A model generated the notes under the pieces. It did not search any database, was not told the DNA's origin, and worked only from the letters and a program-made list of their open reading frames with translations. From an uncultured Chlorobiaceae bacterium (lineage in GTDB: Bacteria > Bacteroidota > Ignavibacteria > UBA10030 > SZUA-254), in assembly GCA_964596065.1 (NCBI GenBank), contig CAZQSM010000001.1:1623-65622 (forward strand): a DNA stretch of 64,000 nt, given 5' to 3'. The translations under genes and the position numbers were made by a program. Positions 1 through 7,669 of the stretch are shown piece by piece. Numbering within the stretch: position 1 is the stretch's first letter; the number at the start of each line of letters is the position of its first letter.

Positions 1-261
1 CAGACTGTCGATGTTGTGCGGTGGGGCGGATTCAAGCCGACGCTGGCCCAGCTGCCCCGGGACCCGCTCTATCCCAATCCCACGGCCGACCTGCTCTACC
101 CGCAGAACGAACCCGCCGGATTCATCCCCGAGTGGTGGTCCCTCGCACGGTACGGCGACGACGTCGGAACTACAGTGTCACAGCAGAGCACGAACGGATC
201 GTTCTATATGTCCAACCAACCTGTACCCGGGTATTACAGCCAGATCAAAAAGAACAAATAA
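1..261 (+). CDS. 5'-truncated hypothetical protein (C-terminal end only)
   Basis: Frame open from base 1 (QTVDVVRWGGFKP...QIKKNK) to TAA 259-261, followed by an intrinsic terminator. Function not identifiable. Confidence 0.55.
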   Translation, partial: QTVDVVRWGGFKPTLAQLPRDPLYPNPTADLLYPQNEPAGFIPEWWSLARYGDDVGTTVSQQSTNGSFYMSNQPVPGYYSQIKKNK

Positions 262-283
262 CGATTGGATTTCAACGACGGTG

Positions 284-309
284 AAGCCGGGTCGAACGAC
301 CCGGCTTTT
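284..309 (+). terminator. Intrinsic terminator between the partial CDS and the convergent tRNA
   Basis: AAGCCGGGTCG-aa-CGACCCGGCTT inverted repeat followed by TTG. Confidence 0.75.
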
Positions 310-325
310 GTCGTTTCATGGGGGG

Positions 326-411
326 TGCTGAAGGTGGGAATTGAACCCACACCCGGGGTAAGCCGGACTGGATTTTGAGTCCAGCGCGTCTGCCAGTTCC
401 GCCACTTCAGC
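326..411 (-). tRNA. tRNA-Leu (anticodon CAA), CCA not encoded
   Basis: Reverse complement GCTGAAGTGGCGGAACTGGCAGACGCGCTGGACTCAAAATCCAGTCCGGCTTACCCCGGGTGTGGGTTCAATTCCCACCTTCAGCA: acceptor stem, Leu-type D arm, CTGGA/TCCAG anticodon stem with CT-CAA-AA loop, long variable arm, GTTCAA T loop. Confidence 0.97.
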
Positions 412-436
412 AGGTGGATGGAGCGTTCGCGCGGAC

Positions 437-465
437 AATATACGTAATCGTGCCGGCGTAATCAA
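437..465 (-). promoter_or_regulatory. sigma70-type promoter of tRNA-Leu
   Basis: TTGATT (465-460) - 17 nt - TATATT (442-437). Confidence 0.65.
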
Positions 466-517
466 ACGCTGATCCGCGCGATCCCGCCGCCCTGCGCGAC
501 AACGGGGTGCTTGCCCC

Positions 518-546
518 TTGATTCGGCCCGATATTTTCAGTACGTT
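518..546 (+). promoter_or_regulatory. sigma70-type promoter
   Basis: TTGATT (518-523) - 17 nt - TACGTT (541-546); places the real CDS start at ATG 608 rather than TTG 518. Confidence 0.55.
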
Positions 547-607
547 TTTCCACCGCGGGGCGATCATCGTCTCCGGAGACGGTTCACAACACAGCCGACA
601 CGCTTCA

Positions 608-2581
608 ATGCAAAGAGTCACCGGGAAGAGGGGGCTTCTCCTCGTCGTCGCATACCACTGCCTGGCCGTTTCCGGATCCGGCGGCCAGGATCCCGCCGAA
701 CGCCTCTTCCAGGCCGGACTTTCAGATTTCAGGGCCGGTCGTTACGCCTCCGCGGCGGCCGGGTTCGGCACGCTCGCAGACGCATCCCCGCGACACCGAC
801 GCGCCACGGCGGCGCTGGTGATGGCCGCGAAGTCGGAGTACCGCGCCGGACGGTACGACCGCGCTAAGGGCAGGGCGGAGGCACTGGTCGAACGCCATCC
901 GCGTTCAGCATACGGCGACGACGCGCGGTACCTGATCGCGCTGAGCGATTACAGGCTCGGCCGGTACGACATCGCCGCCTCGGACCTGCTCGACATGATG
1001 AAATCCCATCCCGTGTCTCCCCTGGTTCCGCGGGCTGATGAACTCTTCCGACACATCGTATCGACCCGCCTCCCGCCCTCCGAATTGAAGAGGCTCGCTG
1101 ACACGGATCTGCCCGCAGGTCTGGATCTGGCCGTGGGGATGGCGCGGGCGCGGGCCTACATTCGACAGGGGAACGACACGCTGGCCCTCGCCCTCCTCGA
1201 CGGACTCCGGGGGCTGCCCGGGACTCCCGTCTCGCTCGCCGAGGTCAACGAGATGCGCGAGGAAGTCGTCGCCGGCGGAAGCCTGCAGATCGCTGCCCTG
1301 CTTCCCATCCTCACCGGCAACGCCGATTCGGATGTCGGGAGGATCGGCCAGGAGGTGCTCGACGGCATCGAGATCGCCGCCGCGATCTTCAACGCCGAAA
1401 CCCCCCGCCAGAGGCCTGTGGAGGTCCTCCCGAAGGATACCGGCCGCGACACGGCCCTCGCGGCGGCCCAGGTTCGGGAGTTGTCCCTGTTGTCCCGGGT
1501 GCGGGCGATCATCGGGCCGTTGTTCAGCGACGTCTTCGCCGCCGCCTCGGTCGCGGCCAACGAGAGTCACCTGCCGATCATCTCGCCCACGGCGACCGCG
1601 GACCGCATCGCCGCGGTCGGCCCGTTCGTCTTCCAGGCGAATCCCGATTATTCGACCCGGGGGCGTGCCGCCGCCCGGTTCGCTGTCCGTGACCTCCGGA
1701 TGTCGTCATTCGCCGTGCTGGCGTCGGATGATCCCGTGGGCCGTGCCCATGCCCGGGGATTCGTCGAAGAAGCTGGCCTCCTCGGGGGCACGGTCCACAG
1801 TACCGTCTATTTCCCTCCGGAGGCCAGCGATCTCCGGGAGGAATTCCTCTCCCTGCGGCGCGCCGTGATGGCGGACCGGACGACGGTCCTTCGCGCGGAA
1901 CTCCTGAAACCAGAACTCGCCCCCGCACTCGCCGCATTCGGGGTCGATAGTCTCCCTCCCGGCATCGATTCGGTTTCGCCCGACCTGATCAGCGTTACCG
2001 CGCTCTTCGGCTCGCGGGGGTTCGTCGTCGCCGAATCACTCGGACTGCCGATCGCGTCGTTCGACACGACTGCGGACGAAACCGACATTCCGCTCGTTTC
2101 CCTCGACGGCATCTTCCTCGCCCTCGGCGACCCGGGACAGATCGACTACGTTGCACCGCAATTCGATTATTTCAACATCCGGGCCCAGATCATCGGCAAC
2201 AACGAGTGGTACGACCCCGCGAGGCTGAGGGACAACCGGGAATCGGTCGAGGGAGCGCTCTTCGTGTCGGATTCCCACATCGATCAGGCCGATTCGGCGA
2301 CCGCCGCGTTCTCCCGGCTCTTCTCCGAGCGGACGAGCCGGAGGCCGACGAAATTCACGCTGTATGGCTATGACACGATGAACCTGATACTCGCGCAGCT
2401 CCGGGCCGGGGCTCGCACGCGCAACGACATCGCGCGGGGGCTCTCGGGGGTGGAAGGATACAGGGGGATTCACTCCGAGATCACGCTCCGGGGCGGGAGG
2501 GTGAACCGGTTCCTCCACATCATGAAATACGCGGGGGGGTCCATCAGAAGGCTCGGTTCGGTGACCGTCGAAGGACCCTGA
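608..2581 (+). CDS. TPR-containing, LppC/LpoA-like type-1 periplasmic-binding-fold protein (putative penicillin-binding protein activator)
   Basis: N-terminal hydrophobic signal; BamD/YbgF-like TPR motifs (HPRSAYGDDARY, HPVSPLVPRA); then IAALLP...IIGPLFS...IISPTA...VFQANP...LYGYD, typical of LppC/PBP1 ligand-binding domains. Confidence 0.65.
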   Translation: MQRVTGKRGLLLVVAYHCLAVSGSGGQDPAERLFQAGLSDFRAGRYASAAAGFGTLADASPRHRRATAALVMAAKSEYRAGRYDRAKGRAEALVERHPRSAYGDDARYLIALSDYRLGRYDIAASDLLDMMKSHPVSPLVPRADELFRHIVSTRLPPSELKRLADTDLPAGLDLAVGMARARAYIRQGNDTLALALLDGLRGLPGTPVSLAEVNEMREEVVAGGSLQIAALLPILTGNADSDVGRIGQEVLDGIEIAAAIFNAETPRQRPVEVLPKDTGRDTALAAAQVRELSLLSRVRAIIGPLFSDVFAAASVAANESHLPIISPTATADRIAAVGPFVFQANPDYSTRGRAAARFAVRDLRMSSFAVLASDDPVGRAHARGFVEEAGLLGGTVHSTVYFPPEASDLREEFLSLRRAVMADRTTVLRAELLKPELAPALAAFGVDSLPPGIDSVSPDLISVTALFGSRGFVVAESLGLPIASFDTTADETDIPLVSLDGIFLALGDPGQIDYVAPQFDYFNIRAQIIGNNEWYDPARLRDNRESVEGALFVSDSHIDQADSATAAFSRLFSERTSRRPTKFTLYGYDTMNLILAQLRAGARTRNDIARGLSGVEGYRGIHSEITLRGGRVNRFLHIMKYAGGSIRRLGSVTVEGP

Positions 2582-2619
2582 CGACGGAGGGGAACAGGGA
2601 CCTCCGGCCGCCCGCGGCC

Positions 2620-3294
2620 CTGAGGATTTCGGACTGGCACCCGGACGACCGTCCCAGGGAGAAGGTGCTCGACCGGGGAGTGGCCGAACTCTCCGACACC
2701 GAGTTGCTCGCCATCGTGCTCAGGCACGGCGTGAAGGGGAGCAACGCCGTAGACCTTTCCAGGACGCTCATCGACGAGTTCGGGGGCCTCGCGCGGCTCG
2801 CCTCGAGGAACGTCAGGGAGATCGGCCGCATCCGGGGGATGGGGCTGGCGAAATCGGTCGCCGTGCTGGCGGCCTTCGAACTGGGACGCCGGGCCGCCGC
2901 CGCGAGCGGTGGCGGAAAAACTTCCATCTCCTCCCCGCGTGACGTCGTCCGTGTCTACGGGCCCGCCCTCCGTCACTTGAAACAGGAACTCTTCAAGGTG
3001 ATCCTCCTCGACAGCGCCAACCATTTCCTGCGCGACGTGACCATCTCCACGGGCATCCTCAACTCGTCGCTCGTCCACCCGAGGGAGGTCTTCCAGCCGG
3101 CGATCCTCGAGCCCGCGGCCGGGATCATCCTCCTCCACAACCACCCGAGCGGAAACCCCGACCCGAGCGGCGAAGACATCAGGATCACCCGACAGCTCTC
3201 GGAGGCCGGCAGGATCCTTGGAATTCCCGTCCACGACCATATCATCATCGCCGACCATGAGTCGACGAGTTTTGCCGAGCGGGGGTTATTGTAG
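2620..3294 (+). CDS. radC: RadC-family JAB-domain protein
   Basis: WHPDDRPREK, LSDTELLAIVL and HhH, SLVHPREVF, HNHPSG, VHDHIII. The start is uncertain: no ATG; possibly CTG 2620 or 2578, and the ORF track uses GTG 2665. Confidence 0.9.
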   Translation: MRISDWHPDDRPREKVLDRGVAELSDTELLAIVLRHGVKGSNAVDLSRTLIDEFGGLARLASRNVREIGRIRGMGLAKSVAVLAAFELGRRAAAASGGGKTSISSPRDVVRVYGPALRHLKQELFKVILLDSANHFLRDVTISTGILNSSLVHPREVFQPAILEPAAGIILLHNHPSGNPDPSGEDIRITRQLSEAGRILGIPVHDHIIIADHESTSFAERGLL

Positions 3295-3305
3295 GCCAAT
3301 CGCCA

Positions 3306-3327
3306 CCCAATATGGGCTCATATTGGG
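3306..3327. repeat. Perfect 9-bp inverted repeat
   Basis: CCCAATATG-ggct-CATATTGGG between the radC stop and the next -35 box. Confidence 0.8.
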
Positions 3328-3345
3328 CTATTTCGGGCACTTCCC

Positions 3346-3376
3346 TTGACAACGGAACGATTTTTTCGTATCTTTG
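3346..3376 (+). promoter_or_regulatory. sigma70-type promoter whose -10 also matches the Bacteroidetes TAnnTTTG box
   Basis: TTGACA (3346-3351) - 17 nt - TATCTT(TG) (3369-3376). Confidence 0.8.
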
Positions 3377-3444
3377 CAACGCATTAACGAAAAGAGATTC
3401 GAAAGTTCAGCTCAACGGAAAACTCAAATAAACAGGAGAGGTCT

Positions 3445-3708
3445 ATGCATAGATTGATCAAAACACTGACGGGGGGACTCATCCTGTCTGTTGCTTTGGT
3501 TTTGATGAGTTGTTCGAGCGCGCCATCCTCGGAAGAACTCAAGGCGCTCAACGACCTGAAGGCCGAGGTGGCCTCGATGGAAAAATCAACGGCTGACAGG
3601 CAGAAGGAGCTCGCGAACCTCGAACGCCAGCTTGCCGAACAGAACGGAAAACTCCAGCAATGCCAGTCTGACCAGGAAGCGGTCAAGAAAGCGCTGGGTG
3701 CCCAATGA
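3445..3708 (+). CDS. Small coiled-coil lipoprotein (Lpp/OprI-like)
   Basis: AGGAG RBS; signal peptide ending LMS-C; remainder is a heptad coiled coil. Confidence 0.7.
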   Translation: MHRLIKTLTGGLILSVALVLMSCSSAPSSEELKALNDLKAEVASMEKSTADRQKELANLERQLAEQNGKLQQCQSDQEAVKKALGAQ

Positions 3709-4457
3709 AGACGACGATGAAAACACTGATGCTCGTCCTGCTCGGGCTCGCGATCGCCATTCCCCAGGTGGCGTATTCCCAGGAAATGACCAAGGACCAG
3801 TGGCAGTCCGAGATGACACGCCTCACGGCGCGCAAGGCTGAACTGACCACGCAGATGACCAAACTCGACGCCGACATCGCCGCGGTGAAGGGCCAGAATG
3901 ACAAGGCGACGGCCGATGTCCGGGCCTGCGAGGATGCCCTCTACGCGATGCTCGGGGTGACCCGCGCGGAAGTCGAGGCGTTCGACAAGGAACTCGGCAC
4001 GATGGAATCCCGCGTCGCGGAGCTCCAGCGGATGTCGGATGCGGAACTGCTTACCCACCGAGACGAGATCCTGGCGATGGACGCCCGTCTGGCGGAAATG
4101 TCGAAGAGTAAAATCGCGCTCATTCCGCGATACGGAAACCGGATTTCGGGTCTGCAGGCGAAAGTCGCGTCCCTGATGAAGAGCCTCCAGCGCGAGAAAT
4201 CGTACACCGTCGGCACCTGGTCGCGCGACAGGGATTGCCTCTGGAACATCGCCAAGAAGCCTGACATGTACAACAACGCGTGGCTCTGGCCGAAAATCTG
4301 GCAGGGCAACCGCGACAAGATCAGGAACCCGGACATCATCCAGCCCAACTGGGTCCTCAGGATCCCCGAGGGGACTGAGCTGACGAAGGATGAGAAATCT
4401 GCGGCCAACACGTATTACAGGTCGAAGACCGCCGCGGATCCGGACCCGATCCCGTAA
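3705..4457 (+). CDS. Secreted coiled-coil protein with a C-terminal LysM peptidoglycan-binding domain
   Basis: Sec signal (..VAYS/Q), long coiled coil, then YTV..DCLWNIA..WPKIWQGNRDKIRNPDIIQPNWVLRIP; ATGA overlap with the lipoprotein gene. Confidence 0.8.
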   Translation: MKTTMKTLMLVLLGLAIAIPQVAYSQEMTKDQWQSEMTRLTARKAELTTQMTKLDADIAAVKGQNDKATADVRACEDALYAMLGVTRAEVEAFDKELGTMESRVAELQRMSDAELLTHRDEILAMDARLAEMSKSKIALIPRYGNRISGLQAKVASLMKSLQREKSYTVGTWSRDRDCLWNIAKKPDMYNNAWLWPKIWQGNRDKIRNPDIIQPNWVLRIPEGTELTKDEKSAANTYYRSKTAADPDPIP

Positions 4458-4520
4458 CCGATGAGGCCCGGAAGGGAAACCTTCACCCTGGCACGCACCG
4501 TCGGAATGAAACAGAGCAGG

Positions 4521-4561
4521 GCCCTCCACGCCGGACGACGGCGGGGAGGGCTTTGCCTTTT
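4521..4561 (+). terminator. Terminator-like hairpin after the lipoprotein-LysM pair
   Basis: GCCCTCCACGCCG-gacga-CGGCGGGGAGGGC followed by TTTGCCTTTT. Confidence 0.55.
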
Positions 4562-5608
4562 GTACCCCCACCATTCAACCCGCATCCCTTGATATCGAAA
4601 AAGATCAACGCCGACGGCGTCGATATCCTCCACCTGATCGGCCTCAACGACGCCAACCTCCAGTTCATTGAAAGCCAGTTCGACGCGTCGGTCTCGGTCC
4701 GGGGTTCGCAGATATCGCTCCGCGGGACGCAGCGCGAAGTCGACATCCTCGAAAAAGTCTTCAAGGAGCTGATCTATATGCTCTCGCGGAACGGGAGCCT
4801 GACGATCAACGACATCGGAACGGTCGTCGACCTGGCGAAGGTCAACGGGGAACCGGCCCTCCCCCGCGGGGTCCTGCCGGACGACAACGCGCAGGGAACG
4901 GAGCCGGCCGTCCTGTTCACGCGTAACGGGATCGTCCGGGCGAAAACCCCCGGGCAGGCGGTATTCATCGAGACCGTGCGTAAAAACGACATCGTCTTCG
5001 CCATCGGTCCGGCCGGGACGGGAAAGACCTACCTGGCCGTCGCGATGGCCGTCGCCGCGTTGAAAAACCGGGAAGTCGTGAAGATCATCCTGACGCGGCC
5101 CGCGGTCGAGGCGGGCGAGAGCCTCGGATTCCTCCCGGGCGACCTGAAGGACAAGATCAACCCGTACCTGACGCCGCTCTACGACGCCCTCGACGACATG
5201 ATCCCGCCCGACAAGCTCAGGACCTACCTCGAACGGAAGGTGATCGAGGTGGTGCCTCTGGCGTACATGCGGGGGCGGACGCTGAACAACGCCTGCATCA
5301 TCCTCGACGAGGCCCAAAACGCCGCCGCGATGCAGATGAAGATGTTCCTCACCAGGCTCGGCGCAAACTCAAAATCGATCATCACGGGGGATGTCACGCA
5401 GATCGACCTGCCGTCGAAGACCATCTCAGGACTCGTGCAGATCCAGGATATTCTCCGGGGGATCGAGGGGGTGGGCTTCTGCTACTTCGACCGGAACGAT
5501 GTGGTGCGGCACCGGCTGGTGAAGGAGATCATCGACGCGTACGACCGGTACCGGGAGAGCGGGGCGACTGGGGAACCGGGAACCGCCCCGGCCCACCGGA
5601 GGGGGTAG
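4553..5608 (+). CDS. phoH: PhoH-family ATPase (PhoH2/YbeZ-like, N-terminal KH-like segment)
   Basis: GPAGTGKTYLA, RPAVEAGESLGFLPG, YMRGRT, LDEAQN, GDVTQIDL, DVVRH. TTG start at 4553 or 4589. Confidence 0.93.
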   Translation: MPFVPPPFNPHPLISKKINADGVDILHLIGLNDANLQFIESQFDASVSVRGSQISLRGTQREVDILEKVFKELIYMLSRNGSLTINDIGTVVDLAKVNGEPALPRGVLPDDNAQGTEPAVLFTRNGIVRAKTPGQAVFIETVRKNDIVFAIGPAGTGKTYLAVAMAVAALKNREVVKIILTRPAVEAGESLGFLPGDLKDKINPYLTPLYDALDDMIPPDKLRTYLERKVIEVVPLAYMRGRTLNNACIILDEAQNAAAMQMKMFLTRLGANSKSIITGDVTQIDLPSKTISGLVQIQDILRGIEGVGFCYFDRNDVVRHRLVKEIIDAYDRYRESGATGEPGTAPAHRRG

Positions 5609-5612
5609 GGGG

Positions 5613-6371
5613 TCAGGGGAGCCTTTTCGCCTCGTTCCAGAGCAGGTCAAGTTCGGCGGGGGTGGCCTCGCCCGGTCCGCGGCCTTCGTTTTTCAGCGAC
5701 GCTTCGATGTGCGAAAACCGTTTCCTGAATTTCCTCGTCGCCAGCCGGAGCGACTCCTCCGGGTCGACCCCGAGGAACCTGGCGTAATTCACCATCGCGA
5801 AGAGCAGGTCCCCGAATTCCTCCCGGATCCCCTCACGGTTGTTCGCCTCGACCTCGGATTGTAACTCCGCCATCTCCTCGGAGACCTTCTTCCTGACGTC
5901 TTCCCCCCGTTCCCAGTCGAATCCGACGGACGACGCCTTCTCCTGGATCCGCTTTGCGTGCAGCAGGGCGGGAAGGTGACCGGGGATCCCGTCGAGCGCT
6001 GACGCCCGTCCCTCGCGCATCTTGAGCTTCTCCCAGTTCTCCTTCACCTGGCCTGGCCCCGAAACGACCGTGTCTCCGAAGATGTGCGGATGCCGCGCGA
6101 TCAGCTTCGCGCTCAACCGTCCGGCGACGTCGCCGAGGAGGAACGTGCCCCGTTCTTCCGCGATATTGGAGTGGAAGAGGACCTGGAGCAGCAGGTCCCC
6201 GAGCTCGTCACGCAGGTGTTCCGGATCGCCTCCGTCGATCGCGTCGACGACCTCGTAGGCCTCCTCGATCAGGTGGGACGCGAGCGTCCGGTGCGTTTGC
6301 TCCCGGTCCCAGGGGCATTCCTTCCTGAGGCGCTTCGTCAGCGCGACGAGGTCGTCAAGTTTCTCCGTCAT
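5613..6371 (-). CDS. mazG: Nucleoside triphosphate pyrophosphohydrolase MazG
   Basis: CPWDREQT, EEAYEV, ELGDLLLQV, RHPHIFG and a second EEFGDLLF repeat. Confidence 0.95.
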   Translation of the reverse strand: MTEKLDDLVALTKRLRKECPWDREQTHRTLASHLIEEAYEVVDAIDGGDPEHLRDELGDLLLQVLFHSNIAEERGTFLLGDVAGRLSAKLIARHPHIFGDTVVSGPGQVKENWEKLKMREGRASALDGIPGHLPALLHAKRIQEKASSVGFDWERGEDVRKKVSEEMAELQSEVEANNREGIREEFGDLLFAMVNYARFLGVDPEESLRLATRKFRKRFSHIEASLKNEGRGPGEATPAELDLLWNEAKRLP

Positions 6372-6529
6372 TCCATCCTCCGGTCAATGTTGACTCAATA
6401 TAACGGATCGACGGCTCCCCTCCAATCGACCGGGACCCGGATTGCGCGGGCGTTTCCCGGTTTGAAATCGGACCGGTTTTTTATATATTTTCGCGTTCCA
6501 TCCATCCAGATCACAGGTATCAGTTCACG

Positions 6530-7666
6530 ATGAAACGTAGGCTCTTTACTCCCGGCCCCACCCCCGTGCCGGAACGCGTCCTCCTGAAAATGGCGGAACC
6601 GATCATCCACCACCGGAAGCCCGAATACCGCGCCATCGCCTCCCGCGTGAATGCCAACCTCGGTGTCCTTTTCGGGACCACGAGGCCCGTCCTCACCCTC
6701 ACCTGCTCGGGGACCGGCGCCGTGGAGGCCTCGTTCGTGAACCTGTTCTCCCCCGGGGACAAGGTCATCGCGGTCAACGGCGGAAAATTCGGCGAACGCT
6801 GGGTCACGCTCCCGCGCGCGTTCGGCCTGGAGGCGGTCGACGCCGCGGTGGAATGGGGCCGGACGATGACGGAGGACGGGCTCCGCGCGGTCCTCTCGGC
6901 CCATCCCGACGCCCGAGCGGTCTACATCACGCAGAGTGAAACGTCCACGGGGACATTTTTCGACGTCCGGGCGCTGGCGAAGGTCGTGCGCGAACACTCC
7001 GACGCCCTCGTCTGCGTCGACGCCATCTCGGCGATGGGCGCCCACGAGCTGCGTTTCGACGAATGGGGCGTGGACGTCTGCGTGACGGGGTCCCAGAAGG
7101 GCCTGATGATCCCGCCGGGGCTCGCGTTCATCGCCCTGAGCGCACGTGCGGAAGGGGCGATGGCCCGGTCGACGCTCCCGAAGTTTTACTTCGACCTGCG
7201 GAAGGCGCTCGGCTCGCGCGCGACCGATGACACCCCCTGGACTCCCGCGGTCTCCCTCGTCGTCGGCCTCGACCTGGCGCTGCAGTCGATCATCGGGGAA
7301 GGGCTCGCGGCGGTCTGGTCGAGGCACCTCAGGCTTTCGGCAGCGCTCCGGGCGGGGGTGCTGGCGATGGGGCTGGAACTTGCGTCAGAATCCCCCTCCG
7401 CGGCGGTGACGGCTGTGAAACTGCCTGCGGGAATCGACTGGAAAACATTCAACCGGATTCTGGACGAACGATACGGCGTCGTGGCAGCCGGGGGACAGGG
7501 GAGCTGGAAGGGGAAAATCTTCCGCATATCCCACCTCGGCTACTATGACGAGCTGGACATGGTCACGGTCGCCGCTGCGCTGGAACGGACCCTCATCGAC
7601 TGCGGAGCCGGCGTCGCGCCCGGCGCAGGAGTCACGGCGGTGCAGCGGTCACTGGCCACCGCCTGA
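6530..7666 (+). CDS. Class-V PLP aminotransferase (alanine-glyoxylate/serine-pyruvate type); probable phosphoserine aminotransferase
   Basis: LFTPGPT, ETSTG, VDAIS, GSQKG (PLP lysine), FRISHLG; 3 nt upstream of serA. Confidence 0.85.
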   Translation: MKRRLFTPGPTPVPERVLLKMAEPIIHHRKPEYRAIASRVNANLGVLFGTTRPVLTLTCSGTGAVEASFVNLFSPGDKVIAVNGGKFGERWVTLPRAFGLEAVDAAVEWGRTMTEDGLRAVLSAHPDARAVYITQSETSTGTFFDVRALAKVVREHSDALVCVDAISAMGAHELRFDEWGVDVCVTGSQKGLMIPPGLAFIALSARAEGAMARSTLPKFYFDLRKALGSRATDDTPWTPAVSLVVGLDLALQSIIGEGLAAVWSRHLRLSAALRAGVLAMGLELASESPSAAVTAVKLPAGIDWKTFNRILDERYGVVAAGGQGSWKGKIFRISHLGYYDELDMVTVAAALERTLIDCGAGVAPGAGVTAVQRSLATA

Positions 7667-7669
7667 CCG

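Noticed and set aside
518-607. ORF-track N-terminal extensions (also at 12554, 17116, 26825, 28019, 33035, 33295, 38338, 42353, 53178, 54542, 56441, 59971, 63957)
   Set aside because: They overlap promoters or neighbouring genes; downstream starts give a proper RBS, signal peptide or stop-start overlap
2620-3294. radC as a marker of a mobile element
   Set aside because: Full-length chromosomal type with HhH N-terminus; no integrase, direct repeats or compositional break near it or the tRNA-Leu
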